A stretch of 64,000 nucleotides of DNA from an uncultured Gammaproteobacteria bacterium (GTDB taxonomy: Bacteria; Patescibacteriota; Patescibacteriia; UBA1558; UBA10009), in NCBI GenBank assembly GCA_964588165.1, contig CAZPMS010000002.1, forward strand, positions 15,951 through 79,950, given 5' to 3'. The first letter of the stretch is position 1. Each line of letters opens with the position of its first letter. The notes below the pieces were generated by a model. It worked only from the letters and a program-made list of their open reading frames with translations. It ran no database searches and was not told where the DNA came from. A program made the translations under genes and the position numbers. Positions 28,434 to 39,797 of the stretch are shown one piece after another.

Positions 28434-28586
28434 ATATTAGATATTGTACCCCGCACTACTTATAAATTCAAGTGAAATAATGTTTTAGAATAAAGTTAAC
28501 AGATGCGGGGCATGTTTTATTATCAATAAAAAAAATAAAAACGAGACTATTGGAGCCACGTTTTTTTAAATAAGAATTTTATTCAA

Positions 28587-29576
28587 CTAAATATTTTTTT
28601 TCTTAAATTTTTCCGGCATGGTGGCTACCCACCTGACAATTTTACTGTAAACTTTAGCGCCACTTGTTAATTTTAGGTATAAAAGCGTCCAGGAGCTAAT
28701 TTGGAAAGTGGCTAGCAGGGCGCCAACAAATACAGAAGCTATTAACAGAAGGGTTAAGCTAATATATATAAGGCTGTTAAACAGAGAAGGCGAGGAGATA
28801 GTATAAACAATTCCAAAAAAGAAGAAAGGAGCAAATAAAATTAGCGAAAATAAAACAAAGCCTAGGCCAATTACAATATTAATAACAAAAATAACAAAAG
28901 CCATCTCTAAACTAATCAGCCAGTTATTTGAGAATAAGCGCCAGCCTTTTTTAAATGAAGCCCATAGCTGTTCATTTTTTAAAACAACTTCGGCGCTAGC
29001 ATATTTGGTAATTAATGAAACAATAATAGTAAGAGGAATAAAAATAAGGAATGTAAGTAAGATTACTAAAAAGTTTCCAGCACTGTTATTTTGGGCAAAG
29101 GTGGCCAGCATCAGTGGAGCTAAAATTAAAATTAAAATTCCGTAAACAATTACTTTGGCAATAATATTCAAGCCTAAGATAGGCCAGAATTTTTTACTTC
29201 CTTCTTTAATAAGTATTCTAGCTTTAAACCTTTCTTCCTTGTCAGCGGCGGCTGCTCCTTTAATTAAGCCGGCCAACGATGAAATTACCAGCCATAAAAA
29301 AGCAATCAGAATTATTAATGAAATAAGCAGAGATAGAGATACCAATAAAACTTTACCACTATTTAGATCCAGAGTTGGCAAGAAAGCATTTAAATTATTT
29401 TTCCAAACTAAAATAGTGTCAGACTGGTAGCTGACATCATTCATTTGTTTAAATAGGACTTGGTATTCTCCGCCATTGCCTAAAAAGGCAGCAAAAATTC
29501 CCAGTGGCCAGAGATAACGGAATTTTCTGGTTATAAGCCAGGCTTTTTTTAGAATTTGGCGATATAAACTAGTCAT
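28587..29576 (-). CDS. Hypothetical multi-pass membrane protein
   Basis: About 6 TM helices, ILKKAWLITRKFRYLWPLG start. Confidence 0.8.
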   Translation of the reverse strand: MTSLYRQILKKAWLITRKFRYLWPLGIFAAFLGNGGEYQVLFKQMNDVSYQSDTILVWKNNLNAFLPTLDLNSGKVLLVSLSLLISLIILIAFLWLVISSLAGLIKGAAAADKEERFKARILIKEGSKKFWPILGLNIIAKVIVYGILILILAPLMLATFAQNNSAGNFLVILLTFLIFIPLTIIVSLITKYASAEVVLKNEQLWASFKKGWRLFSNNWLISLEMAFVIFVINIVIGLGFVLFSLILFAPFFFFGIVYTISSPSLFNSLIYISLTLLLIASVFVGALLATFQISSWTLLYLKLTSGAKVYSKIVRWVATMPEKFKKKNI

Positions 29577-29678
29577 GGGGGTAGCTAGTTAATTTTAAAT
29601 TTCGAATTTTAAATTTCGAAAGAATTTCAAATTATTTTAAAATTTGTAATTTATAATTAAAAATTCATCTATATTATA

Positions 29679-31496
29679 CTATTTTTTGAATAGAGCAGCA
29701 AACTCTTCCTTTTCAATAGTTTCTTTTTCTAAAAGTTCGTTAGCAATAGTATCTAAGGTATTTTTATTTTTTGTTATGAGTTCTTTAGCAGTTTTTACAG
29801 CTCCATCTATTAATTTAGATATTTCTTTATCTATAGTTTCGGCAGTTTTTTCGCTATAGTCTCTGCGTTCATGAATTTCTTTGCCCAAAAAGATCATTTC
29901 TTCTTTATCACCAAATGTTCTGGGGCCTAGGGTTTCGTTCATGCCATATTGAGTGATTAGCTGTTTGGTTAGCTGGGTAGCATGTTTAAGGTCATTGCCA
30001 GCTCCGGTGGTAATATCTGAAAAAATTTCTTTTTCTGCTGTTAGACCGGCCAAAAGAACTGCAAGTTCATCTATGAATTCACTTTTAGTTTTAAAATGCT
30101 TATCTTCCGAAGGAAGCTTCATGGTGTAACCGGCTGCCCTGCCTCTGGAAATAATAGAAATTTTATGGACCGGGTCAGCGTGGGGCAAAAGGTGGGCTAC
30201 CAAAGCATGGCCGGCTTCGTGATAGGCCGTGATTTTCTTTTCTTTTTCAGAGAAAATTCGGCTTTTTCTTTCCGGCCCTAACATTACTTTTTCTACACTT
30301 TCTGTAAGCTCGGCCTGGCCGATTTTTTTCTTGTTGCGCCTAGCTGTTAAAATGGCAGCTTCGTTTAAAACATTGGCCAGATCTGCTCCAGAAAAGCCCG
30401 GGGTTCTTTGGGCAACAATTTTTAAGGATATATCTGCTTCAAGAGGTTTATTTTTTACATGGATTTTTAAAATTTCTTCCCGCTCGCTAATATCTGGCAG
30501 GTCAATTATTACTTGCCTATCAAACCTGCCTGGCCTTCTAAGGGCCGGATCTAAAACATCAGGCCTATTAGTAGCAGCCATAACAATCACATTGGTATCA
30601 GTTTCAAAGCCGTCCATTTCTACCAGGATTTGATTTAAAGTTTGCTCCCTTTCATCATGGGAACCGCCCAAGCCGGCGCCTCTTTGCCTGCCTACGGCAT
30701 CAATTTCATCTATAAAAACAATACAAGGAGCGGCCTTTTTAGCTTTTTTAAATAAGTCCCTTACTCTGGAAGCGCCGACACCCACAAACATTTCTACAAA
30801 TTCCGAACCGGAAATATGGAAGAAAGGAACCTTGGCTTCACCGGCAACGGCCCTAGCCATTAAGGTTTTACCAGTTCCAGGAGCGCCAAGCAGTAAAACA
30901 CCTTTAGGGATTTTAGCTCCAATACTTAAGAATTTTTGAGGGCTCTTTAAAAATTCCACCACCTCGGTAAGCTCCTCCTTGGCTTCTTTGGCGCCGGCCA
31001 CATCAACAAAAGTGGTTTTATTTTTAGGATCAGAAGTAAACATTTTAGCTGAAGACTGGCCAAATGACATAGCCCGGCTATTGGCTCCTTGCACCTGCCT
31101 CATCATAATCCATATAAAAACTCCAATTAAAAGCAGGGGAATTAAAAAAGGCAAAAGAGTCGTCATCCAAACACTTAAGGAAGAGTCTTCTTTAATATTA
31201 ATATCCAACTGCTGTAATTTTTCAGCTTCAATACTATAGTTAGCCAAAAGTTCTGATAAAGATTCTGCAGGTTCCTTTAGGGTAGTTTTTTGGCTGTCGT
31301 CATTTAAAGTTAGATTTATTTTTTCACCTTCAACTTCCAGTAATTTAACTTGGTTATCGTTAATCAGCTGGACCATTTTGCCTAAACTTATTTTTTCCGG
31401 CTGGTTAACATTAGAGTTATATAAGCTAAAAATACTGGCAATGGCAATAAAAATAATGAAGAAAATTAGAAAGTTTTTAAATAGTGAGTTTTTCAT
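29679..31496 (-). CDS. ftsH: ATP-dependent zinc metalloprotease FtsH
   Basis: Two TM helices, [27 protein letters not shown]. Confidence 0.98.
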   Translation of the reverse strand: MKNSLFKNFLIFFIIFIAIASIFSLYNSNVNQPEKISLGKMVQLINDNQVKLLEVEGEKINLTLNDDSQKTTLKEPAESLSELLANYSIEAEKLQQLDINIKEDSSLSVWMTTLLPFLIPLLLIGVFIWIMMRQVQGANSRAMSFGQSSAKMFTSDPKNKTTFVDVAGAKEAKEELTEVVEFLKSPQKFLSIGAKIPKGVLLLGAPGTGKTLMARAVAGEAKVPFFHISGSEFVEMFVGVGASRVRDLFKKAKKAAPCIVFIDEIDAVGRQRGAGLGGSHDEREQTLNQILVEMDGFETDTNVIVMAATNRPDVLDPALRRPGRFDRQVIIDLPDISEREEILKIHVKNKPLEADISLKIVAQRTPGFSGADLANVLNEAAILTARRNKKKIGQAELTESVEKVMLGPERKSRIFSEKEKKITAYHEAGHALVAHLLPHADPVHKISIISRGRAAGYTMKLPSEDKHFKTKSEFIDELAVLLAGLTAEKEIFSDITTGAGNDLKHATQLTKQLITQYGMNETLGPRTFGDKEEMIFLGKEIHERRDYSEKTAETIDKEISKLIDGAVKTAKELITKNKNTLDTIANELLEKETIEKEEFAALFKK

Positions 31497-31716
31497 TTTT
31501 AGGTAGTTAGTTAATTTTTTTTACTACTAATTACGAATAAATACGAATATACTAATCTACAAATATAAATTATTCAGATTAACAAAGTTTAATTATTTGT
31601 ATATTAGTACAAATTCGTAATTCGTAGAATTTAAAGTAGTGTTGATTATAAAAGATTAAGCTAATTTTGACAAGTATCAAAAAAGACCTACATTCAGCAG
31701 GCCTTTTTATATAAAA

Positions 31717-32922
31717 TTATTTTTCTTCTTTTTTTTCTTCGGCTGGTTTTTCTTCTTTAACTTCAGCAGGTTTTTCTTCGGGTTTATCTTTTTTTTCTTC
31801 TGCTTCTTCCTTTTTATCATCAGCAGGTTTTTCCTTAGCCGGTTTTTCTAAAGATAGGCCTAAGCGGTGGTTTTTTGATTCAATAGAGATGATATAGAAA
31901 TCATGGTCTTCACCTTCTTTTATTTTATCTTTATTGCCTTTTTCAGCAAGTTCGGAAATATGGATTAAGCCATGGATATCTTTATCCAGCTCTACAAAAG
32001 CGCCAAACGGATTTAATTTTAAAACCTTACCGTTAACCTTTTGTCCGAGTTTATATTTTTTGGCTACATTTTTCCAAGGGTCTTCTATTAACTTTTTCAT
32101 AGAAAGAGAGACTCGGGAATCATCAATGGAAATAATTTCAGCTTTTATTTTATCACCTACTTTTACTATCTGTTTAGGATTATCAATTCTTTGCCAGGCA
32201 AGTTCGGAAATATGAATTAAGCCTTCCAGATTATCATCAAATTCTACAAAAGCGCCAAAATCTACTACACCGGTAATCTTGCCTTCAATTACATTACCTA
32301 TTTTATATTTAGACAGGGATTTATTTTGTTTTTCTTCCCAAGCGGCTTTTTCTGAAACAATTAGTTTTTCCTCATTTTCATTAATATCTATTATTTTAAC
32401 TTTAAAGGTTGTTCCGATAAATTTTTTTAAGGCAACTAAAATCTTGCTTTTATCACCGCCTTCAACTCGGGGATAATTTTCGGTAGCCAGCTGGGAAACT
32501 GGCAAAAAGCCGATTACATTGCCAACTTTAACCATTAAGCCGCCTTTGTTTGCATCCATAATAACAGCTCCGGTGATTTCTTTAGATTTAAGTAATTGTT
32601 CAAGCCTGTCCCAAGCTTTTTGGTGGCCGGCATATCTAAAAGAAAGTTCCATCTGGCCGTTTTCGTTTTCTAGCTCCAAAGCGGTGGCTGAAACTTTATC
32701 ACCAACCTTAACATCGGAATATTCTCCGGATTCGTCATAAATTTCTTTGCCTCTTACAACACCGGTAGTTAAACCGTCTATATCTAAAGCAACTTCATTT
32801 TTAGAAACCGAAATAACTTTCCCTTCGATAAGTTCACCTATTTTAGGCACGGCCCTGGCTTCGCCATTAAGCAGAAGTTCATCCATGGGGCTTTTGCCTT
32901 TAGTTTTAACTATAGTTTTCAT
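31717..32922 (-). CDS. rpsA: 30S ribosomal protein S1
   Basis: Four S1 repeats (FGAFVE...GLIHISEL). Confidence 0.93.
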   Translation of the reverse strand: MKTIVKTKGKSPMDELLLNGEARAVPKIGELIEGKVISVSKNEVALDIDGLTTGVVRGKEIYDESGEYSDVKVGDKVSATALELENENGQMELSFRYAGHQKAWDRLEQLLKSKEITGAVIMDANKGGLMVKVGNVIGFLPVSQLATENYPRVEGGDKSKILVALKKFIGTTFKVKIIDINENEEKLIVSEKAAWEEKQNKSLSKYKIGNVIEGKITGVVDFGAFVEFDDNLEGLIHISELAWQRIDNPKQIVKVGDKIKAEIISIDDSRVSLSMKKLIEDPWKNVAKKYKLGQKVNGKVLKLNPFGAFVELDKDIHGLIHISELAEKGNKDKIKEGEDHDFYIISIESKNHRLGLSLEKPAKEKPADDKKEEAEEKKDKPEEKPAEVKEEKPAEEKKEEK

Positions 32923-32943
32923 AAAATATAATTTTATATTAGC

Positions 32944-32995
32944 TCCTCGGCTCGTAAATATAAAAGTAAATTTTCATATTTACTCGCTTTACGTC
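32944..32995. repeat. Hairpin element family B, copy 1
   Basis: TCCTCGGCTCG-[AT-rich hairpin, GTAAA loop]-CTCGCTTTACGTC. Second copy at 44577-44627. Confidence 0.8.
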
Positions 32996-33042
32996 GCAAA
33001 TAAAAAAAATCTTCTAGCCTTCTCGAGCCGTGCTCGACATGA

Positions 33043-33090
33043 AAGCCCTCCCGGACCCTCTAAATTACGGGAGGTTAGCTTATGAGGGTC
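33043..33090 (-). promoter_or_regulatory. H-type pseudoknot at the 5' end of the rpsA leader
   Basis: GACCCUC/GAGGGUC and CCUCCCG/CGGGAGG form interleaved 7-bp stems. Confidence 0.65.
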
Positions 33091-33097
33091 GCTTGGG

Positions 33098-33126
33098 ATT
33101 ATAGTTTATTGCTTTATTTTTGTCAA
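33098..33126 (-). promoter_or_regulatory. Consensus sigma70 promoter of rpsA
   Basis: TTGACA-17 nt-TATAAT exact match. Confidence 0.85.
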
Positions 33127-33254
33127 TATTACTAATTTCACTAAGGCTCATAGATGTTACACTAATAACGCACTAATATTTGTGCGTTATCTGCGGGTAA
33201 TTAGTGAGCATTAGCGCATTTGTGAACTATCAGTGATTATCATATAATTAAAAT

Positions 33255-33884
33255 ATGCCCGATAAAGTAAATATTAAAAGATTAGTTGGCAATATAGCTA
33301 AGCGGTCTAGAACCAGAGGTTTAACTACTTTAGCTTTTAAAAATAAGGTAAAAAGTGCCTTGCAAGAAGGCGGTTTTAGCCAAAAAAAGGCTGGTCGGAT
33401 TGCTACCAGCTTAAAAAGCGGCAGTACTGAATTAACGGCCAAGGAGTCGGCAAAGGTCATTAAAGTCTTAAAAAAAGCCAAAGTGTTAAAAGGCCAAATT
33501 AAAGATATCAGAGGCGAAGTGAGTGATTTTTTAAAGGCTGATAGAGGGAGGTCTGGAGAAAGCCAGCAAAGCGAAAGGGCAAAAAAGGCTGAAATTAGAA
33601 GAAGGCTACGAGAAAGATCCAGAGAAGACGAAGAAAATATTAAAGCCTCAAGGGGGCCCAAAGGAGCTAAGCCCAGCAAAAATAATAAAAGCTCTAATGG
33701 GCAAAGTTCGGCAGCCTTATCTTCTGGGTATATTGGGGCTGAAACTGAAGTTATAAAATCTTCACCACGCCAGATGTTTGAACCAAGAATTGATGAACCA
33801 AAAGAGGCTTTTTTGCCCCAAAAAGACAAGGAAATAGAGTCATTGGTAAGCGAGGCCGAAGAACAAGATTTGCCCTTGGATTAA
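33255..33884 (+). CDS. Hypothetical basic protein
   Basis: 209-aa K/R-rich ORF ending EEQDLPLD, co-oriented with the downstream operon. Confidence 0.65.
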   Translation: MPDKVNIKRLVGNIAKRSRTRGLTTLAFKNKVKSALQEGGFSQKKAGRIATSLKSGSTELTAKESAKVIKVLKKAKVLKGQIKDIRGEVSDFLKADRGRSGESQQSERAKKAEIRRRLRERSREDEENIKASRGPKGAKPSKNNKSSNGQSSAALSSGYIGAETEVIKSSPRQMFEPRIDEPKEAFLPQKDKEIESLVSEAEEQDLPLD

Positions 33885-33960
33885 GGCAAATTTTGCCTTT
33901 ACAGGAAAGCTATTTTATGATATTCTAATGGGGAATTTAACCCCTACTTTAGTATAAATT

Positions 33961-34572
33961 ATGATAATAAATTGGTTTGGCTTAACTACTTTTAGAATTC
34001 AGGAAAACGGCACTTCTTTACTTTTTGATCCGCCAGCAGAGAATGTCGGTTTAAAATTACCCCGGATGCAAAATGATGTTATTTTATATACCCACCCAGA
34101 AAATATTAAAAAAAAGGATAACAGTTTTATCATTGCAAATCCTGGTGAGTATGAAATAAAAGGAGTTTTTGTTTACGGAATTCCTGCAAATGGAGAAGTG
34201 GGAACCCAGAAATCCATTTATTTAATTGAGATAGATGGAGTGAGATTGGCTCATTTAGGCACACTAAAGCAGGCTAAACTAAGCCAGTCGCAATTAGAAA
34301 GGCTGGAAGGAATAGATATTTTGCTTTTGCCAGTTGGTGGTGGAGATGCTTTAGGCGCCAAGCAGGCAGCTGAAGTAATTAGCCAGCTTGAACCCAGAGT
34401 AGTTGTTCCGATGAATTATAAAACCCCCGGTGTTAAAATAAAATTAGATATTTTGGATGTATTTAAAAAGGAAGTTAGTGCTAAATTTGAAACTGTAGAT
34501 AAATTAAGGATAAGCCGTAAAGATTTACCCGAAGAAGAAACCCGATTTATTGTTTTGGAGCCGACTAAATAA
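33961..34572 (+). CDS. MBL-fold metallo-hydrolase-like protein
   Basis: IINWFG..FRI, PGEYEIKG, AHLG, IDILLLPVGG, PRVVVPMNY. HxDH motif degenerate. Confidence 0.8.
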   Translation: MIINWFGLTTFRIQENGTSLLFDPPAENVGLKLPRMQNDVILYTHPENIKKKDNSFIIANPGEYEIKGVFVYGIPANGEVGTQKSIYLIEIDGVRLAHLGTLKQAKLSQSQLERLEGIDILLLPVGGGDALGAKQAAEVISQLEPRVVVPMNYKTPGVKIKLDILDVFKKEVSAKFETVDKLRISRKDLPEEETRFIVLEPTK

Positions 34573-34581
34573 AGTTTGGAT

Positions 34582-34941
34582 ATGAAACAGCCAGAGCAAA
34601 AGAAAATTATGTGGGTTTATATTGCTGTTCTTTTTATAACCATTATGGTTATCTGGAGCTTCTTTTTTTCTCAGGAACTAAAAAAGGCAACCAAAAATAA
34701 CGTTTTAAATACTAAAGAAGGTTTAGGGTCAATATTGTCGAATTTTAAGAATTCTATTTCCCAAGGAAGCTATTTAATTGATCAGATAAATAAAGATATA
34801 CAGAGTGTAGATTTAAATAAAGAAGAAATTCAAGAAATCCCGGCAGAAGAAGTAACTGCCGACCAAAAAGAAGCCCTTTTAGATAAAGCCAAAGAAAAAA
34901 TAGAGGCTAGCCTCGATTTTTACGAGTCGGAGCTGGAGTAA
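34582..34941 (+). CDS. Hypothetical protein with N-terminal TM anchor
   Basis: Single hydrophobic helix then a charged coil. Confidence 0.65.
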   Translation: MKQPEQKKIMWVYIAVLFITIMVIWSFFFSQELKKATKNNVLNTKEGLGSILSNFKNSISQGSYLIDQINKDIQSVDLNKEEIQEIPAEEVTADQKEALLDKAKEKIEASLDFYESELE

Positions 34942-34977
34942 AAAGTGGTTGAATAATATAATTATTTAAATAAAATT

Positions 34978-35070
34978 ATGAAGTCAAAACATGTAAGTCC
35001 ATTAGTTATCATCGCTTTAACTGTGTGTACTTTTGCAGTTTTAGTGACTGTTTTAACTTTAGCTTATTAG
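34978..35070 (+). CDS. Possible 30-aa membrane peptide
   Basis: MKSKHVSPLVIIALTVCTFAVLVTVLTLAY, fills the gap before gyrA. Confidence 0.4.
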   Translation: MKSKHVSPLVIIALTVCTFAVLVTVLTLAY

Positions 35071-35135
35071 ACTGAAAATTTAAAATTAACCTTTAAGTTG
35101 TACAACTTAGATATTTTTAAGTCTACATTTTTTAT

Positions 35136-37727
35136 ATGCCGAAAAAGAAAGAGAATAAAAAAACGAATAAAAAGTCAGTCAAGAAGCCAGTTAAAAAAAC
35201 TCAGCCCAAAGCTGAAAAATCTAAAGCTGAAATTAAGAAGACAGATACTAAAAAAGAGCCTAAACAGCTTTCTGTTTTAGAAAACAATCAGGGCAAAATT
35301 GAAATCCAACCAATCGTAGACGAGATGAAGGTTTCTTATCTTGATTATGCAATGTCTGTAATAGTTTCTAGGGCCCTGCCGGATGTTAGAGACGGCCTAA
35401 AACCTGTTCACAGAAGAATTTTATATGCCATGTGGAGCTTGGGTTTAAAAGCCGGAGCAAAATTCCGCAAGTCAGCTACAGTTGTTGGTGAAGTTTTGGG
35501 CAAATACCACCCCCATGGAGATACGGCGGTTTATGATTCTATGGTTAGAATGGCCCAGGATTTTGCTATGCGCTATCCTTTGGTTAACGGCCAGGGAAAT
35601 TTTGGATCCATGGATGGTGATGGCGCTGCAGCTATGCGTTATACCGAGGCTAAACTAACCCATCTTTCTGAAGAATTAATATACGATTTAGAAAAAGATA
35701 CGGTAGATTTTGTTCCTAATTATGATGGTTCCCAATCTGAACCAACAGTATTACCTGCTAAGCTGCCAAATCTTTTATTAAACGGCTCTGTGGGCATTGC
35801 TGTTGGCATGGCAACCAATATTCCGCCCCATAATTTAACTGAATTAATAAACGGCATCAGCCATTTAATAGATAAGCCAAATGCTTCTACAGAGGATTTA
35901 ATGCAGTTTATTACCGGTCCCGATTTCCCAACAGGAGCTACTATCTATAATATAGAAGATATTAAAACAGCTTACGCTACAGGCAAGGGATCGATTGTTA
36001 TGCGGGCCAACGCGGAAATCACCGAAGGCAAAGGCAGCAGCTTTAGGGTTATAGTTTCGGAAATTCCTTATCAAGTTAATAAGGCCAATTTATTGGAAAA
36101 AATAGCTGATCTGGTTAAAACTAAAAAAATTGACGGCATTAGGGATTTAAGGGATGAATCAGATAAAGATGGCGTAAGGATTGTTATTGATCTTAAAAAA
36201 GAAGCTTATCCTAAAAAAGTTTTAAATGCTTTGTACAAGCATACCCAACTTCAGGATACTTTCCATGTAAATTTATTGGCCTTAGTAGATGGAATTCAGC
36301 CAAAAGTTTTAAGCTTAAAGACCGTTTTGGAAGAATATATAAAACATAGAAAAGATGTGGTTACCCGTCGGACCCAATTCGAGTTGAATAAAGCCAAAGA
36401 TAGGGCCCATATTTTGGAAGGCTTGGTAATGGCCTTGGAAGATATTGATAAAATCATCACTACCATTAAAAAGTCTAAAGATAAAGAAGACGCTAAAGCT
36501 AATTTAATCAAAAAGTTTAAACTGTCAGAGCGTCAGGCCGTAGCTATTCTAGAAATGAAGCTGCAGCAGCTGGCTAATCTGGAAAGGTTAAGGGTAGAAG
36601 AGGAATTAAAGGAAAAGAAAAAACTTATAAAAGAACTTACTGCTATATTAAAAGACCCTAAAAAGGTTTTAGGAATTATTAAAGATGAGCTGGCTGAAAT
36701 TAAAGAAAAATACGGCGACGGCCGAAGAACCAAGGTAGTTAAAGGAGCCATCGGCCAGTTTACCACCGAAGATTTAATTCCTAACGAACCGGCAGTGGTT
36801 ATGGTTACCAATGATGGCTATATTAAACGTTTACCACCAGATACCTTTAAGGTCCAATCCAGAGGCGGCAAAGGCGTTATTGGCGCTACTACCAAAGAAG
36901 AAGATATTATAGAACATTTATTTACTACCAATACCCATGCCGATTTAATGTTTTTTACTTCCAGGGGCCGCTTGTTCCAATTAAAGGCTTATGAAATTCC
37001 GCAAACCACCAGAACCGCCAAAGGCCAGGCCATTGTAAACTTTTTGCAACTGGCGCCAGAAGAAAAAGTTTCGGCTGTTTTATCTACAGAAGATATATCC
37101 GCCTTTAAACATTTGGTGATGGTTACTAAAAAAGGCTTAATTAAAAAAGTTGATATAGAAAAATTTAAAAATGTAAGGCGTTCCGGTTTAATCGCCATTA
37201 AATTAAAAGAAGACGATTTATTAGAATGGGTTAAACCTTCAAGCGGTAAGGATAATATAATTTTAGTTACGGCCCAGGGGCAAGCTATAAGATTTAAAGA
37301 AAAAGACGTTAGAGAAATGGGCAGGGGCGCTGCCGGTGTAAGGGGCATTAAAATTAAAAAATCGGGTGACGAAGTAGTAGGTATGGATATTTTATATGAT
37401 GGCAAGGCCGGTCCGGATGAACAGCTACTTGTGGTAATGAGGAACGGTTTTGGCAAACGAACAGCCCTTAAGGAATATAAAGTCCAGGGCAGGGGCGGTA
37501 CAGGCGTTAAAACGGCTTCCGTTACAGAAAAAACCGGCCGGATAGAATCTGCCTTTATTGTTAACGCCAAGCTCACCAACGAAGATATTATTGTAATTTC
37601 TGATAAGGGCCAGGTTATTAGATTGCCTTTAAAGTCAGTTTCAAAAATTGGCCGGGCTACCCAAGGTGTTAGGTTAATGAAGTTTAAGGAAAAAGGCGAT
37701 AAGGTTGCTTCGGTAACGTTTGTTTAA
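35136..37727 (+). CDS. gyrA: DNA gyrase subunit A
   Basis: [29 protein letters not shown], GyrA box QSRGGKG, C-terminal pinwheel repeats. Confidence 0.98.
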   Translation: MPKKKENKKTNKKSVKKPVKKTQPKAEKSKAEIKKTDTKKEPKQLSVLENNQGKIEIQPIVDEMKVSYLDYAMSVIVSRALPDVRDGLKPVHRRILYAMWSLGLKAGAKFRKSATVVGEVLGKYHPHGDTAVYDSMVRMAQDFAMRYPLVNGQGNFGSMDGDGAAAMRYTEAKLTHLSEELIYDLEKDTVDFVPNYDGSQSEPTVLPAKLPNLLLNGSVGIAVGMATNIPPHNLTELINGISHLIDKPNASTEDLMQFITGPDFPTGATIYNIEDIKTAYATGKGSIVMRANAEITEGKGSSFRVIVSEIPYQVNKANLLEKIADLVKTKKIDGIRDLRDESDKDGVRIVIDLKKEAYPKKVLNALYKHTQLQDTFHVNLLALVDGIQPKVLSLKTVLEEYIKHRKDVVTRRTQFELNKAKDRAHILEGLVMALEDIDKIITTIKKSKDKEDAKANLIKKFKLSERQAVAILEMKLQQLANLERLRVEEELKEKKKLIKELTAILKDPKKVLGIIKDELAEIKEKYGDGRRTKVVKGAIGQFTTEDLIPNEPAVVMVTNDGYIKRLPPDTFKVQSRGGKGVIGATTKEEDIIEHLFTTNTHADLMFFTSRGRLFQLKAYEIPQTTRTAKGQAIVNFLQLAPEEKVSAVLSTEDISAFKHLVMVTKKGLIKKVDIEKFKNVRRSGLIAIKLKEDDLLEWVKPSSGKDNIILVTAQGQAIRFKEKDVREMGRGAAGVRGIKIKKSGDEVVGMDILYDGKAGPDEQLLVVMRNGFGKRTALKEYKVQGRGGTGVKTASVTEKTGRIESAFIVNAKLTNEDIIVISDKGQVIRLPLKSVSKIGRATQGVRLMKFKEKGDKVASVTFV

Positions 37728-37748
37728 ATTTATATTTTGATTTATCGG

Positions 37749-37778
37749 TAGCCCGCCGAATCGGCGGGCTACTTTTGT
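37749..37778 (+). terminator. Intrinsic terminator after gyrA
   Basis: GTAGCCCGCCG-AA-TCGGCGGGCTAC followed by TTTT. Confidence 0.75.
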
Positions 37779-37908
37779 CTACATTAGTCTTGTCAATAAA
37801 TAAAGAATATGGTAGTTTTTTAAAACGATTACAATTAATCGTGTATCGTATATCGCGTGTCTTATATCAGGTTACACGCTATACGTCACACGTTACACGA
37901 CCAAAAAT

Positions 37909-38919
37909 ATGTTAACTTTAAAACAAATTTACAAATTAGCCATAGAATTAGGCATAAAAAATGACCTTAGGGGCCAAAAAATGGTTAAAGATAAATTAAC
38001 CAGAGTTAAAGTAAAATATAATAAACTTTCTGATGAACAAAAGAAGAATTTTGATGAAGAAAAATTGTTCAACCCTTTTTCTGATACCAGAATTTTTGGT
38101 GATGAGGGCAGGAAAGTTAAGAGAGTTTTAGCCGGAATAGATATGGAAACAGGTGAAGTAATGCTAGCCAATAAACTTAGTGAATCTAAACCAATTGATT
38201 TAATAATAGGCCACCACCCAATTGGCAAAGCTTTAGCCGGTTTGGATGAAGTAATGGCCTTGCAGGCCGAAGTTTTAGCCGGTTATGGCGTGCCTATAAA
38301 CATCGGAGAAAGTTTAACAGAAAAGAGAATGAGTGAAGTTTCCCGTGGAGTTTCTTCGGCTAACCATTATCAAGCAATTGATGCAGCCAAGCTTTTAGAT
38401 ATAGATATGATGTGCGTACATACTCCGGCCGATAATATGGTGGCTAATTTTTTAGCTAAAGAAATTAAAAAGAATAGATCAAAACTGGTTTATGTAGAAG
38501 ATATTTTAAATTTATTAAAGAAGATTCCGGAATATAAGGAAGGTTTAAAAAACGGCGCCGGCCCCAGATTGTTTACCGGCAAGCCTAATAGGTATTGTGG
38601 CAAAATAGCCGTAACTGAAATTACCGGCGGAACAAGCGGGCATAAAGATATTTATAAACATATGGCAGATGCCGGCATCGGTACTATTGTAGCTATGCAT
38701 ATGAGAGAAGAACATAGGGAAGAGGCGGAAAAAGCCCACTTAAATATTGTTATTGCCGGCCATATGGCTTCTGATTCCTTAGGCATGAATTTATTTTTGG
38801 ATGAACTAACCAAGAAGGGAATTGAGGTAGTAACATGTTCCGGATTAATCAGGTATTCTCGAGTTAAAAAATCAGTTTCCAAAAAGAAAAAAGTTTCTAA
38901 GAAAAGAAAAAAGAAATAG
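37909..38919 (+). CDS. NIF3-like dinuclear metal-centre protein
   Basis: AGIDME, IIGHHP, HTPADN, AGHMASDSLGMN. Confidence 0.85.
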   Translation: MLTLKQIYKLAIELGIKNDLRGQKMVKDKLTRVKVKYNKLSDEQKKNFDEEKLFNPFSDTRIFGDEGRKVKRVLAGIDMETGEVMLANKLSESKPIDLIIGHHPIGKALAGLDEVMALQAEVLAGYGVPINIGESLTEKRMSEVSRGVSSANHYQAIDAAKLLDIDMMCVHTPADNMVANFLAKEIKKNRSKLVYVEDILNLLKKIPEYKEGLKNGAGPRLFTGKPNRYCGKIAVTEITGGTSGHKDIYKHMADAGIGTIVAMHMREEHREEAEKAHLNIVIAGHMASDSLGMNLFLDELTKKGIEVVTCSGLIRYSRVKKSVSKKKKVSKKRKKK

Positions 38920-38997
38920 TATTTAAAATTTAAGATAAGAAAAGCCGTTCTATTTTAGAACGGTTTTTTGAATAGTGAAGATAATCGTGGCTTGAGG

Positions 38998-39243
38998 CTA
39001 TGTGGCAAAACCACGTTTTTTTCTGGATTTTTCAAGCCGCGATGATTGGAGGGTTAAGCGACAGTGGTTAAAGAAACAGATTAGAATCCCAAAGAAAAGG
39101 ATAAGGAAGAAGTTTTTCCAGTTAGTTTTTCCTCTCATTTTTTTAGCTAAACGTTTGTCTGGCCAAACCGAATAAATAGCTGAGCCAAGCTGGAATGAAA
39201 AAATCAAAATCGCTATGGCAATTAACACTGGGGTCCAATCCAT
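38998..39243 (-). CDS. Hypothetical small membrane protein
   Basis: GGAGGAAGGA SD before ATG 39243, two hydrophobic segments. Confidence 0.5.
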   Translation of the reverse strand: MDWTPVLIAIAILIFSFQLGSAIYSVWPDKRLAKKMRGKTNWKNFFLILFFGILICFFNHCRLTLQSSRLEKSRKKRGFAT

Positions 39244-39479
39244 TCCTTCCTCCAATCTATATTAATGAGCGTACGTTTATTTAATTTTATTATTTGCCAA
39301 ACCATTGGTCAATGGGGATAAATAAAAAGGACCTTAAATTAAAGGTCCTGGAGTTTTGGGTCGTATTGCTTTCTCACTGGCTTTAATATTCAACATCGAA
39401 GTAAGCCTTGAATATTTTCTGGCCAGCCAGTAGCAAAGGCGAAGAAAGCTGGAAAGAGTAGGTATAGCCAATCTTGAGA

Positions 39480-39686
39480 TCATGATGCACCCCTTGCTAA
39501 TGGCCGTTTTAGTTTCCTGTCTAAAGCGTCAAAACAAATCATGATGGGAAACATCGGCCAAGCTACTGAAGAAAAAGAGATTTCTGAAATGCTTGATTTG
39601 TATTTTTTTCTATCCTTAAGGCCAGAAATAAAAAGCAATGAGCCAATAAGGGTATAGATGGCAAATACAAATCTGCGCCAATTCAT
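39480..39686 (-). CDS. Hypothetical small membrane protein
   Basis: GGAGG SD and upstream TTGACT promoter. Confidence 0.5.
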   Translation of the reverse strand: MNWRRFVFAIYTLIGSLLFISGLKDRKKYKSSISEISFSSVAWPMFPIMICFDALDRKLKRPLARGAS

Positions 39687-39797
39687 TTTTAAACCTCCTG
39701 ATGTAAAATGGCTATTTTAATCACTTTATTACTAGTTAGGCTATTAGTCAAGTGGGATAAAATTGATTTTTAAGATTAAAAATGATAATCTTTGATT

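Noticed and set aside
33003-33090. HDV-like ribozyme reading of the rpsA leader
   Set aside because: Could not build P3/L3, P1.1 and J4/2 with the canonical sizes. A simple H-type pseudoknot fits better.
33248-33829. 193-aa antisense ORF and many similar shadow ORFs (e.g. 36989-37579, 30229-30633, 57415-57777)
   Set aside because: Antisense to well-supported genes, with S/L/F-rich composition typical of non-coding frames.
39390-39482. In-frame hydrophobic continuation after a TGA stop, hinting at UGA recoding (code 25)
   Set aside because: Long core genes contain no in-frame TGA, and tsaE and the riboflavin kinase gene end in TGA at expected lengths.
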